Origin: Bacilli bacterium
Lineage (GTDB): Bacteria; Bacillota_I; Bacilli_A; RF39; UBA660
Assembly: GCA_017435465.1 (NCBI GenBank)
Contig: JAFSEX010000005.1
Coordinates: 223,982-287,981 of the forward strand
DNA length: 64,000 nucleotides
Direction: 5' to 3'
The translations under genes were made by a program, and so were the position numbers. A model generated the notes under the pieces. That model made no database searches, had not been told where the DNA came from, and saw only the letters and a list, made by a program, of their open reading frames with translations. Position 1 is the first letter of the stretch, and every line of letters begins with the position of its first letter. Of the stretch, positions 9,439-19,345 are shown one piece after another.

Positions 9439-9562
9439 TTTATCAACTCCTCTAAATAATTATATAAACTAAAAATCAAAAAATCAACAAAAATCTACAT
9501 TAATGTTTTAATTTTGTCAAAAATATGATATTATTTTTGTATAAAAGTAAGAGGGTGTCATT

Positions 9563-10372
9563 ATGAAGAGTAGAATGGATAGATATTATAATTCAGAACA
9601 AGAATTTGTTGGAAGAACTAAAAAAAATGAACAACTATATAGAAAAAGAGATTATGATGTATATTCTTCAAATGAAACTATAATAGATACTAGTAATGAA
9701 GTTGATATTACAAAAATAAAAGATATCATAAAAAGTAGAGAAGATTATCAAAGGGCTAGATCATATAGAACAATGCTTAATGATAAAAAGTTTGACTATG
9801 ATGATGTTCCTTATGAAGAAGACAATTATGAAGAAAAGGATTATGATATAAATGCCTTACTTCAAAAAGTAAAAGAAGAAAAGGGTATTAAAAATGATGA
9901 TGAAGAAAAGGTTAGAAAACTTAAAAACACCCAATATGATATATTAAGTAAATTGAATGTGAAAAGCAAAGAAAATTTAAAACATGAAGAAATTCAAAAA
10001 GAAGAATTACAAGATTTAATAAATACAATAACCCGTAAAGATGAAAAGGAAGATGAATTGGATTTATTTGAAAATTTAAAATCAGAGAACACAATAGTAA
10101 CAAAAAGTGCGAAAGAATTAGAAAATTCACTTACACCTGAATTAATCAAAGCAAAAAGCATAGAACAAACAAAAGAACAAGAAAAAGAAAGTAGTTTCTA
10201 TTCTGATTCATTTACTTTCTCAAGAAAAGACTTTGAAGGAATGAAAGATTTAGATGTAGATCAAGGCTCTAATAAATTAATTACAGGAATAATAATTATG
10301 TTAATAATAGTAATATTAATTGTCGGAGTATTTGTATTAGATTCATTCTATAATTTTATTCCATTCTTCTAA
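9563..10372 (+). CDS. Hypothetical charged protein with a C-terminal transmembrane anchor
   Basis: 269 aa, K/E/D-rich, with a C-terminal hydrophobic stretch GIIIMLIIVILIVGVFVL. Confidence 0.45.
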   Translation: MKSRMDRYYNSEQEFVGRTKKNEQLYRKRDYDVYSSNETIIDTSNEVDITKIKDIIKSREDYQRARSYRTMLNDKKFDYDDVPYEEDNYEEKDYDINALLQKVKEEKGIKNDDEEKVRKLKNTQYDILSKLNVKSKENLKHEEIQKEELQDLINTITRKDEKEDELDLFENLKSENTIVTKSAKELENSLTPELIKAKSIEQTKEQEKESSFYSDSFTFSRKDFEGMKDLDVDQGSNKLITGIIIMLIIVILIVGVFVLDSFYNFIPFF

Positions 10373-10429
10373 TTTAGTGTAATAAAAAAATATTAATCAT
10401 AATATACTTTATTGAAACGAGGGATATAT

Positions 10430-10939
10430 ATGATTAATAAACAAAGCATATGGTTCTTAACTCTTTTTAGTTTAATACTTGTATTAAGTGTATATTATAT
10501 TACAATGCCAAATGAACTATTACTAACTAATAATTCAAAACAAACATCCAAGACTGAAGGTACTATTGAAGAGACTGTTGTAATAGAAGAAAGTGAAATA
10601 TTAACCGCACTTAGAGTAGAATCTGAAGAACAAAGAACTGCTGAAATTGATGAATTAAATAAAATTTTAAATAATGGAGAAGCAAGCATCGATGATAAAA
10701 ATAATGCCTTTGAAAAATTAAAAGATATTAATTCAATCAAAGGAAAGGAACAAATTATCGAGAAAAAAATAAAAGATAATTTTAAACTTGATGCTTTTGT
10801 AAAAATTGATGATAACAATCAAGTAAGAGTAGTAATTGCAGGAACTGAACATACTATTGAACTTGCAAATAACATTATGAGATCAGTTCAAGAAGAGTTT
10901 GATACTAAAATGTATATATCTGTAAAATTCCAAAGCTAA
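10430..10939 (+). CDS. spoIIIAH: Stage III sporulation protein AH (SpoIIIAH)
   Basis: N-terminal WFLTLFSLILVLSVYYITMP parallels B. subtilis SpoIIIAH (WLLTMLSLVVVLSVYYIMSP). The central LTALRVESEEQR...ELN and the C-terminal domain also align. Start set at the ATG with a GAGGG RBS; the ORF-track start is 10412. Confidence 0.7.
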   Translation: MINKQSIWFLTLFSLILVLSVYYITMPNELLLTNNSKQTSKTEGTIEETVVIEESEILTALRVESEEQRTAEIDELNKILNNGEASIDDKNNAFEKLKDINSIKGKEQIIEKKIKDNFKLDAFVKIDDNNQVRVVIAGTEHTIELANNIMRSVQEEFDTKMYISVKFQS

Positions 10940-10972
10940 CATAAATGTTAGTTTTTTTGGGATTTCATCACT

Positions 10973-11000
10973 CACTTATATATTTGTAACACATACAATA
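10973..11000 (+). promoter_or_regulatory. Candidate sigma-K-type promoter upstream of gerE (AC-16 nt-CATACAATA)
   Basis: CATACAATA at 10992-11000 fits the mother-cell -10 consensus CATA---TA, with AC 16 nt upstream. B. subtilis gerE is sigma-K dependent. Confidence 0.3.
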
Positions 11001-11049
11001 TTATGAGTAAAAATATATACCACCTCAAATAAAGAGGAAAGTGAGGGAA

Positions 11050-11259
11050 ATGATGAGTAAAGATATATTAACCAAAAGAGAAAAAGAAGTATTTGATCTA
11101 CTTGTACAAAATAAAACTACTAAAGAAATAGCTGAAACATTAAATATAAGCGAAAAAACTGTTAGAAATCATATATCAAATGCAATGCAAAAATTAGGGG
11201 TTAAAGGAAGAGCGCAAGCAGTTGTAGAACTATTAAAATTAGGAGAATTAAATATTTAA
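11050..11259 (+). CDS. gerE: Spore germination/late sporulation regulator GerE (LuxR-type HTH)
   Basis: LTKREKEVFDLLVQNKTTKEIAETLNISEKTVRNHISNAMQKLGVKGRAQAVVELLKLGEL is near-identical in pattern to B. subtilis GerE. Size about 70 aa. Confidence 0.8.
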   Translation: MMSKDILTKREKEVFDLLVQNKTTKEIAETLNISEKTVRNHISNAMQKLGVKGRAQAVVELLKLGELNI

Positions 11260-11334
11260 AACAAGCCGCTTTATTAGCGACTTTTTTCATTTTATAAAAT
11301 TATATGCATAAAATTAACTAGAGGTGTTAAAATT

Positions 11335-12300
11335 ATGTTAAAAAGAATTTCTATAAGAAAAATAATTTTATCTTCTTTTACTCTATTAGTTTTATCTCTT
11401 ATATATTTACTACCAAACAATACTAAAGATTTACAAGTTGAACAAACAGAACAATATACAAATCTAAATACAGAAAATATGCATGAAATATATCTATTAG
11501 ATAGTAATAATTATATTGCAAGAACAACTGTATCATTAGTTGATAATAATAAGACAATTATAGAAAAAGCTAAAGCATTATTAGAATCAATGATAATTGG
11601 TGGAAAAAAAGAAAATTTAATCCCTAATGGATTTAAAGCTATAATACCCGTTGATACAAAAATATTAAGTGTAAAATTTGATGATGGAATTTTAAAAGTA
11701 GATTTTTCTAAAGAAATATTAGAAATAAATCAAGAATATGAAGAAAAAATGATAGAATCAATTTGTTATACATTAACTAGTATTAAAGATATAAAAGGTA
11801 TATTAATATATGTTGAAGGAAATATGTTAACAGAACTTCCTAAAAGCAAGAAGTTTTTACCTAGTATTATAGATAGAAGTTTTGGAGTTAATAAAGTATA
11901 TAATATAACAAATATAGATGATATAATACCTGTAACTGTCTATTATATAAATGAATATAATGATAATTATTATTATGTGCCTGTAACAAAATATGTTAAT
12001 AATACTAATGATAAGGTGAAAATTATTATACAAGAATTATCTAGCATGCCAACATATCAAAATAATTTAATGAGTTTTTTAAATTCAAATACAAAATTAT
12101 TAGAATATGAAATTAAGGATAAACAAATGAGATTGGAATTTAATAATTATTTAATTGATAATATAGATGAAATGAATATTTTAGAAGAAGTAAAATATAC
12201 AATTTCTTTTTCAATAATGGATAATTATGATGTAAATGAGATAATATTTAGTGTTGATAATAAAGAAATTTCAAAAACTGTATCAAAAAATCTTGAATAA
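11335..12300 (+). CDS. gerM: GerM-like sporulation/germination protein (two GerMN domains) with an N-terminal signal/anchor
   Basis: Segments IYLLDSNNYIARTTVSL...AKALLESMIIG...LSVKFDDGILKVDFSKE match the GerMN domain pattern. A second copy lies in the C-terminal half. Confidence 0.5.
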   Translation: MLKRISIRKIILSSFTLLVLSLIYLLPNNTKDLQVEQTEQYTNLNTENMHEIYLLDSNNYIARTTVSLVDNNKTIIEKAKALLESMIIGGKKENLIPNGFKAIIPVDTKILSVKFDDGILKVDFSKEILEINQEYEEKMIESICYTLTSIKDIKGILIYVEGNMLTELPKSKKFLPSIIDRSFGVNKVYNITNIDDIIPVTVYYINEYNDNYYYVPVTKYVNNTNDKVKIIIQELSSMPTYQNNLMSFLNSNTKLLEYEIKDKQMRLEFNNYLIDNIDEMNILEEVKYTISFSIMDNYDVNEIIFSVDNKEISKTVSKNLE

Positions 12301-12352
12301 TCCACAATTTTATTGTATAATCAGTGTATAAATTTTATTTGTGTGCTGATTT

Positions 12353-12429
12353 GTCCTGGTAGCTCAGCTGGATAGAGCATGCGCCTTCTAAGCGCACGGT
12401 CAGGGGTTCGAATCCCTTCCAGGACACCA
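12353..12429 (+). tRNA. tRNA-Arg (anticodon TCT)
   Basis: 77-nt cloverleaf: acceptor GTCCTGG/CCAGGAC, D-arm GCTC-AGCTGGATA-GAGC, anticodon stem TGCGC/GCGCA with loop CTTCTAA (anticodon TCT), T-arm with GGTTCGAATCC, 3' CCA encoded. Confidence 0.85.
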
Positions 12430-12439
12430 CTTTAGATAA

Positions 12440-12470
12440 TAAACTCGAATTTTATTCGAGTTTTATTATA
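12440..12470 (+). terminator. Terminator after the tRNA
   Basis: CTCGAAT-ttt-ATTCGAG hairpin followed by TTTTATT. Confidence 0.5.
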
Positions 12471-12500
12471 CAAAAATTTATGTTATATTATTTGTAGGTA

Positions 12501-13118
12501 GTGATTTTTATGTTTAAAATTATAGAACAACAAATAAAAGACAATGGATATGATAATCATATTTATTTTGGATTAACTGATGTAGAAATATATTGCTTAA
12601 AACAAATTTTAAAAAAAGATTATGGATATATAGATCTTATAATTAATTTTGATGATTCAAAAAAATTAAGTCAATTAATTAATTCTATTCCCAAAAATTT
12701 AAATCATGAATTAATAAAAAGTATTATATATGAGCAATATATAAATTATAAAATATTAAAAGCAGGAAATATTAGTGATGAAAATATTGGAATATCTACT
12801 AATGAACTTGAAAACATATTATTTAGTGATAATTTTGAAAATTTTAGAAAAATAGATTTTATTTTGTATATGACTTTAGAAAAAGAATTAAAGAAATTAA
12901 ATAAAAAAACAAGATTACATTTATTTTTAGATGATGTTAATGATATTTTATTACAAATAAAAATTAATGATTTAATATATTCTCGTCAATCATTAATATT
13001 AATGGTATATACAGTTAAAGATAAATTAATAACTCATACAACTAGTAATAATAGTTTTATAGAAAGTCCACATGACTACAGAAGTTTTTATAAAAATAAA
13101 GAAAAAATTTTAAAATAA
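12501..13118 (+). CDS. Hypothetical protein
   Basis: 205-aa ORF (GTG at 12501 or ATG at 12510). I recognise no motifs. Confidence 0.45.
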   Translation: MIFMFKIIEQQIKDNGYDNHIYFGLTDVEIYCLKQILKKDYGYIDLIINFDDSKKLSQLINSIPKNLNHELIKSIIYEQYINYKILKAGNISDENIGISTNELENILFSDNFENFRKIDFILYMTLEKELKKLNKKTRLHLFLDDVNDILLQIKINDLIYSRQSLILMVYTVKDKLITHTTSNNSFIESPHDYRSFYKNKEKILK

Positions 13119-13173
13119 TAATAAATTATTATTAAACTTAGTATTTATGTTAATAATAATACTGGGTGATAAT

Positions 13174-13959
13174 ATGAATATTTTATTTACAGGCGCAGTT
13201 TCTGGAATTGCAAATAGTGTAGTTAATGAATTATTAAAATTTAAAAAATATAATATATATTTAACAGTAGAAACAGATACTCAATTAAAAAATGTTAAAG
13301 AAAAATATAAAAATAATCCAAGAGTAAGTTGTTTTAAATTAAATGTTACAAATGTACATGATAGAGAAAAACTAAAAGATTTAAATATTGATATACTAGT
13401 AAATAATGCCGCAATTGGATATGGTGGTTCAATTGCAGAAATACCAATGTCTAAGGTTAGAAAAAATTTTGAAATTAATGTTTTTTCTACTTTTGAGATA
13501 ATACAAATTGTTTTAAAAAACATGATAAAAAAAGGTAAGGGTAGAGTAATAGTTATATCATCAATTGCTGGTATTATACCATTTAATTTTTTAGGTAGTT
13601 ATTCAGCAACTAAATCAAGTGTTACTACACTTACCACAACATTAAAAAACGAAATGAAATTAATTAATAAAAATATAAAAATAGTTTTAATTGAACCTGG
13701 ACTTTATCATACAGGATTTAACCAAGTAATGTTTGAAAATAAATATGATTGGATGATTAAAGAATCTTATTTCAAAGAAAATTTAGATAAGATAAATAAT
13801 AAAGAAAAATTAATGCTTTCAATTATGGAAAAAAGAAAACTAGACTCAATAGTTAATAAAATAGTAGAAGCAATAACAACTAAAAATCCAAAATTTATTT
13901 ATCGGGCACCATTTACACAAGCTATGACTTCAAAAATATATGATTTATTTTTTAGATAA
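13174..13959 (+). CDS. Short-chain dehydrogenase/reductase (SDR) family oxidoreductase
   Basis: N-terminal TGAVSGIANSV (Rossmann TGxxxGIG-like), NAAIGYGG, and the catalytic YSATKSSV (YxxxK). The ATG at 13174 is preferred over the ORF-track start 13147. Confidence 0.7.
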   Translation: MNILFTGAVSGIANSVVNELLKFKKYNIYLTVETDTQLKNVKEKYKNNPRVSCFKLNVTNVHDREKLKDLNIDILVNNAAIGYGGSIAEIPMSKVRKNFEINVFSTFEIIQIVLKNMIKKGKGRVIVISSIAGIIPFNFLGSYSATKSSVTTLTTTLKNEMKLINKNIKIVLIEPGLYHTGFNQVMFENKYDWMIKESYFKENLDKINNKEKLMLSIMEKRKLDSIVNKIVEAITTKNPKFIYRAPFTQAMTSKIYDLFFR

Positions 13960-14078
13960 AATTAAAAACTAAGATTGAAAAAAATCTTAGTTTTTAATTT
14001 TTATAAGGATAGTAATAATTATTTTTTAAAATATAAATATATATTGACAATATATTAGATAAAAAGTAAAATCATAGT

Positions 14079-15431
14079 ATGGAGAATGGAAGTGGTAAAA
14101 TGGTAGATAAAATAAATAAAAGAAAAAATATGAGAAATAAAATCATTTTATCAATTCTAGCCCTATTGATAATTTTTGTAACTTTTTTAAGTATGTCATA
14201 TGCATATTTCAGTACATCTGCTATGAGTGAAGAACAAACAGTTACAACAGGAAATTTATCATTAAAATTTGATGATAATACAAGTATAATAAGAAATGAA
14301 AATATATATCCAATATCAAGAAGCCAGATATTAACAGATGCTACAAAAAAAACATTTACTATTATTAATACAAGCGATACTGATATATATACAATTTTAA
14401 TTTTAGAAGAAATGAATCTTCCAGATGAATTAAGGAATGTAGATTTTAGTTGGGCATTATATCAAAATAATGTAATGAAGACAACGGGAACATTTAATAT
14501 ATCAAAAAATTCTGACAAAGTATTTTTAACTAATTTTGAACTATTAAAAGAAGGATTATCAAAAACTTATGATTTATACATTTGGATAGAGGAAAGTGGT
14601 GTGGCTCAAGATTCAATGCAAGGAAAACTTTTTAATGCTACAATTGTTGTAAATGGCCTTGGCACTCTTGGTAAAAATACTGTAGCAACTGTAATAAAAA
14701 GTAAAAGTACTCCAAATACTACATTACCAAATTTTACAACCCCATCAGTTAATAATGGATTATTCCAAACAAATACAAATACTTTAAACAATCAACCAAC
14801 ATATTATTATAGAGGTAATGTTACAAATAATTATTTATCTTTTGCTGGACAATTATGGAGAATAGTTAGAATTAATGAAGACGGTTCAATTAGATTAATT
14901 TTAGAAACAAATATAGGAAGCAAAAAATATAGTAGTAATACAACATGTAATTTAAGTAATCAAACAAATTGTACAACTAACTATCAAATTAGTAATATTA
15001 AAACAATATTAGATAAATGGTACTCTACTACAATTAAAGCTAATTCTAATCTAGATAGCAAAGTTGTAACCGGGAAATTTTGTAATGATACATCAAATAC
15101 TTTTGTTGATAGAAGTGCTAGTCCAACGTTTGATTGTACTAATGTAATAGAGTCAAAAGTTGGAACAATTAGTGCTGATGAAGTTATTTATTCTGGGGCA
15201 CTATATAACTCAGCAAGTAATACAACATATTTAAATAACAATGCATCATTTTATACAATGACATCTAGTTCAAATTCACAAGTCTATATATGGAATAATA
15301 GTAATACATCACTTACAAATGATGCAAATATATTTGATTATTATGATGTTCGACCAGTAATAAATTTAGATTCTACTACAATAATAACTAGTGGAGAAGG
15401 AATAATTAATGATCCTTATATAGTAAATTAA
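14079..15431 (+). CDS. Secreted protein with a TasA/camelysin-like N-terminus (SipW-type signal)
   Basis: Signal/anchor followed by SYAYFSTS...TTGNLSLKFDD resembles the AxFSD...ASGTLDL start of the TasA/CalY family. The long C-terminus is N/T/S-rich. Alternative starts at 14100 or 14130. Confidence 0.4.
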   Translation: MENGSGKMVDKINKRKNMRNKIILSILALLIIFVTFLSMSYAYFSTSAMSEEQTVTTGNLSLKFDDNTSIIRNENIYPISRSQILTDATKKTFTIINTSDTDIYTILILEEMNLPDELRNVDFSWALYQNNVMKTTGTFNISKNSDKVFLTNFELLKEGLSKTYDLYIWIEESGVAQDSMQGKLFNATIVVNGLGTLGKNTVATVIKSKSTPNTTLPNFTTPSVNNGLFQTNTNTLNNQPTYYYRGNVTNNYLSFAGQLWRIVRINEDGSIRLILETNIGSKKYSSNTTCNLSNQTNCTTNYQISNIKTILDKWYSTTIKANSNLDSKVVTGKFCNDTSNTFVDRSASPTFDCTNVIESKVGTISADEVIYSGALYNSASNTTYLNNNASFYTMTSSSNSQVYIWNNSNTSLTNDANIFDYYDVRPVINLDSTTIITSGEGIINDPYIVN

Positions 15432-15458
15432 AAGACAATCGTTTGATTGTCTTTTAAT
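15432..15458. terminator. Bidirectional terminator between convergent genes
   Basis: AAGACAATC-gttt-GATTGTCTT hairpin with T-runs on both sides. Confidence 0.6.
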
Positions 15459-16533
15459 TTAATTCTTTTATCTTTTCAACATTTTTAAAATTCAATTTAG
15501 CAACTTTATTAAGTTCATCAAATCCAAATTTTTTAACAAACTTAACACCAAATTCATCAACTAAATTAGATGCACCCTTAGGTAAAAACATATCATATTT
15601 TGCTCCTAATTTTTCTAATTCAATTAAGAATGTATATCTACTAATTAATGAACCACATGCAACTGCAAGATTTTTATCTTCAGCTTTAGTCATAAATTCA
15701 ATATCTCGAACAACATTTTCTTCATTTTTTAAATATTCATAGTATTTTCTTGGATTTACAAATTGATCCAAAATAATATAATCATATTCTAAAACATTGT
15801 TTTTAAGTTTATATAAAACCTCATTATGTAATAAAGCTTTAAAAGTATTCATATTAATTTCACTAGAATACATTGTATTGTATTCTTCATTAGTTAGAAT
15901 AGCACTTTCATATTTAATCTTTTTCATGATTTCAGGCACAATTTTTAAAATAGTTTCATCACTCATTTTTTTAGAATCTTTAACTCCTAAACTTTCTAGA
16001 AATGGAATATCTTCTTTAGTAACATAAGAAGCTGTTACAACAATAGGGCCAAAGAAATCTCCAGTACCAACTTCATCAGATCCTATTGAAGTAATATTAT
16101 AATAATCTTTTACAGTTTTTTTAGTATCAGTAATTTTCTTTTCTTTTCTACCCTTAATATATGTACATCTTGGATAATTACTGCAAGCGGTAAATTCTCC
16201 ATATTTTCCATTTCTAATAACTAAATTATGACCACATTCAGGACATATTTCACCAGTTTCAGTTGGTGGAACTTTTTTTTGTTCTTCAGTATTTTCAATA
16301 GGGTTTAAATGAGCTTCTCTTTGTTTCCAAAGCGATGCATCAATATCTGCACTTATACCTTGAAACATAGCTTTACCTGATTCATATAAAGTAATTACAG
16401 TATCAGCATCATCTGCTTGAAATATCGCATAAGGGGGAGTTTTTTCTCTTCTTTTAAATGCATATTCTCTTATCATCTCTTCTTTTATTTGATCACTAAC
16501 TTTTATTACAATTGTTTTTTGTTTTGATTTCAT
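15454..16533 (-). CDS. rnhC: Ribonuclease HIII with an inserted topoisomerase-type C4 zinc ribbon
   Basis: Catalytic motif IGSDEVGTGDFFGP (DESGKGDxxGP in RNase HIII) and an N-terminal TBP-like domain. Between them, CPECGHNLVIRNGKYGEFTACSNYPRCTY matches the zf-C4 topoisomerase ribbon pattern. Confidence 0.65.
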   Translation of the reverse strand: MKSKQKTIVIKVSDQIKEEMIREYAFKRREKTPPYAIFQADDADTVITLYESGKAMFQGISADIDASLWKQREAHLNPIENTEEQKKVPPTETGEICPECGHNLVIRNGKYGEFTACSNYPRCTYIKGRKEKKITDTKKTVKDYYNITSIGSDEVGTGDFFGPIVVTASYVTKEDIPFLESLGVKDSKKMSDETILKIVPEIMKKIKYESAILTNEEYNTMYSSEINMNTFKALLHNEVLYKLKNNVLEYDYIILDQFVNPRKYYEYLKNEENVVRDIEFMTKAEDKNLAVACGSLISRYTFLIELEKLGAKYDMFLPKGASNLVDEFGVKFVKKFGFDELNKVAKLNFKNVEKIKELN

Positions 16534-16621
16534 AGTAATTCCTCCTGATATTATTTTATCATAAAATCTTTATTTTTTCTCACAAATATAATATACTAAT
16601 AATATAGTTAGGAGAGTTATT

Positions 16622-17329
16622 ATGAATATAGTAGATGCAATTATAATTTTAGTACTTTTAATGGGTGCAGTATTAGGATTTAAGAGGGGTGCAATAAAAA
16701 CTTTAGTTTCATTTATTGGATTAGTTATAGCTTTAGTTTTAGCTTTCTTTTTAAAAAATCCAGTTTCGACATTTATGTACGAACATTTACCATTCTTTGA
16801 TTTTGGTGGAGTATTTAAAGGAGTAAGCGTATTAAATATTTTATTATATGAAGTTTTGGCTTATTTTCTAGTATTATCAATTTTATTTATAGGTGTTAGA
16901 TTATTAAGTTTTGTTGCCAATATAATAGAAAAGGCTTTAGATTTTACAATTGTACTTGGAATACCATCTAGAATAATAGGAATATTTGTAGGATTTGTTG
17001 AAACATATATTTATGTATTTATAATTTTATATGTACTTGCATTACCAATGTTTAATATTGGAATATTAAATGAATCAACATTAAAAAATCGTATTTTAAA
17101 TAATACACCGATTTTGTCAAATACAGTAGGTGGAACTTTAGATGCTTTTGTTGATGTATATGATTTAAGTAAAAAATATGATACTTCTTCAAAAAATGAG
17201 TTTAATCAAGAAGCCTTAGAGGTATTGTTAAAATATAATATTACTACTGTTGATTCAATTGATAAATTAATTGAAAAAGAGAAAATTACAATTAATAATA
17301 TAGATAGTATTTTAGATAAATATAGATAG
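16622..17329 (+). CDS. cvpA: CvpA family membrane protein (colicin V production protein-like)
   Basis: N-terminal MNIVDAIIILVLLMGAVLGFKRGAIKTLVSFIGLVIALVLAF is typical of CvpA. Four predicted TM segments. Confidence 0.6.
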   Translation: MNIVDAIIILVLLMGAVLGFKRGAIKTLVSFIGLVIALVLAFFLKNPVSTFMYEHLPFFDFGGVFKGVSVLNILLYEVLAYFLVLSILFIGVRLLSFVANIIEKALDFTIVLGIPSRIIGIFVGFVETYIYVFIILYVLALPMFNIGILNESTLKNRILNNTPILSNTVGGTLDAFVDVYDLSKKYDTSSKNEFNQEALEVLLKYNITTVDSIDKLIEKEKITINNIDSILDKYR

Positions 17330-17438
17330 AAAAATTTTAATAAAAATATAGAAAAATAATTAAAAAATTAAAAAAGTAATGGAAATATATAAAGTTTTGT
17401 ATTTAATTACTTGACTTTATTATGAGAGGAGAAATAAT

Positions 17439-17747
17439 ATGAGTTTAATACATTTTAATAATGAAAATTTTGATGAATTAATAAATAACGGTAAAGTTTT
17501 GGTAGATTTTTATGCGAATTGGTGTGGACCATGTAAAATGATAAGTCCAATTTTAGAAGAAATTGGTATTGAAAAAGATGATGTAATTATTGTTAAAGTA
17601 GATGTTGATAACAACAGTGATTTGGCAACTAAATATGGAGTAATGAGTATTCCAACCATGATTCTATTTGAAAATGGAAAAGAGATAAATAAACATATAG
17701 GCTTTTTACCAAAAGATGAAATAATAAGTTTAATAGAAAACAAATAA
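17439..17747 (+). CDS. trxA: Thioredoxin
   Basis: WCGPCK active site; 102 aa. Confidence 0.85.
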   Translation: MSLIHFNNENFDELINNGKVLVDFYANWCGPCKMISPILEEIGIEKDDVIIVKVDVDNNSDLATKYGVMSIPTMILFENGKEINKHIGFLPKDEIISLIENK

Positions 17748-17755
17748 CAAAGGAT

Positions 17756-18331
17756 TTAATCTTCCTTTGTTATTTTTATATCATTATTAATATTATTTAT
17801 TTTATTTATTATTTCATTAATTTTATTAGAATCTATGTTAATTTTAAAATTAATTTTTTCATTAAAAGATTTTTGAATTTCAAAATCTCTTAAAATATAT
17901 TCAATATCTTTTAAAGAATCATATGAAAATTCTAATTTTAAAGTTTTATATTCTATATTTTCTATAATTATTGACTCTCTTATAGTTTCACTAACTGTAT
18001 TAGAATAAGCACGAACTAATCCACCTGCACCAAGTTTTATTCCACCAAAATATCTTACAACAACACATAAAACATTATTTAAATTGTTTTTCTTTAAAAC
18101 ATTCAAAATTGGAATTCCCGCTGTTCCACTTGGTTCACCATCATCACTACATTTTTCATAGTTTTTAAATATATATGCATAACAGTAATGATTGGCTCCT
18201 TTATAATTTTTTTTTAACTCATTCAATTCATTATTAATATCTAATTTATTTAATTTAATTAAGCAAACTATAAACTTTGATTTATTAATAACATATTCTT
18301 TTATTACATTTTCTTTTATTGTATAATTCAT
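17756..18331 (-). CDS. yigZ: YigZ/IMPACT family protein
   Basis: SDDGEPSGTAGIPIL and VVVRYFGGIKLGAGGLVRAY are UPF0029 signatures. Start trimmed to the internal Met (MNYTIKE). Confidence 0.7.
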   Translation of the reverse strand: MNYTIKENVIKEYVINKSKFIVCLIKLNKLDINNELNELKKNYKGANHYCYAYIFKNYEKCSDDGEPSGTAGIPILNVLKKNNLNNVLCVVVRYFGGIKLGAGGLVRAYSNTVSETIRESIIIENIEYKTLKLEFSYDSLKDIEYILRDFEIQKSFNEKINFKINIDSNKINEIINKINNINNDIKITKED

Positions 18332-18418
18332 ACGTATCACCAACACACAAAATATATAATAAACTTTACAAAAAGTCAAATAAGGTATATAATATTACGT
18401 CAAAGGGGAGAGGTATAA

Positions 18419-19183
18419 GTGAAAGAGGATAATGAAAAAAAAAGAAGTTTATTTAATAAAATTAAGAAATATATCCCTAATACAATAACAGCTGGTAGAA
18501 TAGGAATGGCAATGGGATTTATTGGTTCATTTTTAAAGGGGAATATGAGTAGTGCAGTTACTTTATTTGCTGGAGCAAGTATTTCGGATGCAATAGACGG
18601 ACATTTAGCCAGAAAATGGAAAGTTGAAAGTAAATTTGGAAAATATTTAGACCCTTTAGCAGATAAATTATTAGTAGGAAGTGCATTATTATTATATGGT
18701 ACTATAAATCCTATGATGTATATTACTTTATTAGGCGAACTTTCAATTGCTGGAGTGAATATACTATCATTAATAAAAAATAAAAAAGTTGATGTAAATA
18801 AAGCAGGGAAGATGAAAACCGTTTTGCTTATGACAACTGTTAGTTTAGCACTTTTATCAACACTATTTTATAATGTGACATTTAACAAATTAATAACTTT
18901 TTTAACAATGATTAATATACCATTTCAAGGATCAACTTTTGCTGGATATGTAGAACAACTATTTAAAGTAAATAAAGATGAATGTAATAATAACAATAAA
19001 AATATAAATGAAATTAATAATAATAACGAGTTAGAAAATACTAAATCTAAAACTAAAAACAAAGAATTAGATAGAAAAAGTAAAATTGAAAAATTAAAAG
19101 AAGAAAGAGAAAAATTAATTGGTAATAATATTGAATATGAAGAGCAAAAAGTTAAATTTAAAGGAAATGTAAAGAAAAAGTAA
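18419..19183 (+). CDS. CDP-alcohol phosphatidyltransferase family protein (PgsA-like) with a Lys-rich C-terminal tail
   Basis: DAIDGHLARKWKVESKFGKYLDPLADK contains the D-x2-DG-x2-AR...G...G-x3-D motif. Confidence 0.6.
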   Translation: MKEDNEKKRSLFNKIKKYIPNTITAGRIGMAMGFIGSFLKGNMSSAVTLFAGASISDAIDGHLARKWKVESKFGKYLDPLADKLLVGSALLLYGTINPMMYITLLGELSIAGVNILSLIKNKKVDVNKAGKMKTVLLMTTVSLALLSTLFYNVTFNKLITFLTMINIPFQGSTFAGYVEQLFKVNKDECNNNNKNINEINNNNELENTKSKTKNKELDRKSKIEKLKEEREKLIGNNIEYEEQKVKFKGNVKKK

Positions 19184-19345
19184 CAACTAAAACTAATAAA
19201 TAATGTAAAAAAATTAACAAATTTATACTGTTAATTTTTTTTATAAGTGTTTTTTGCTTCTTTTTGTTTAAAAAGTATTTAAAATAATTAAAATTTGTTG
19301 TATAATTTGATATATAATAGGTAATTATAGTAGGAGGTACATATT

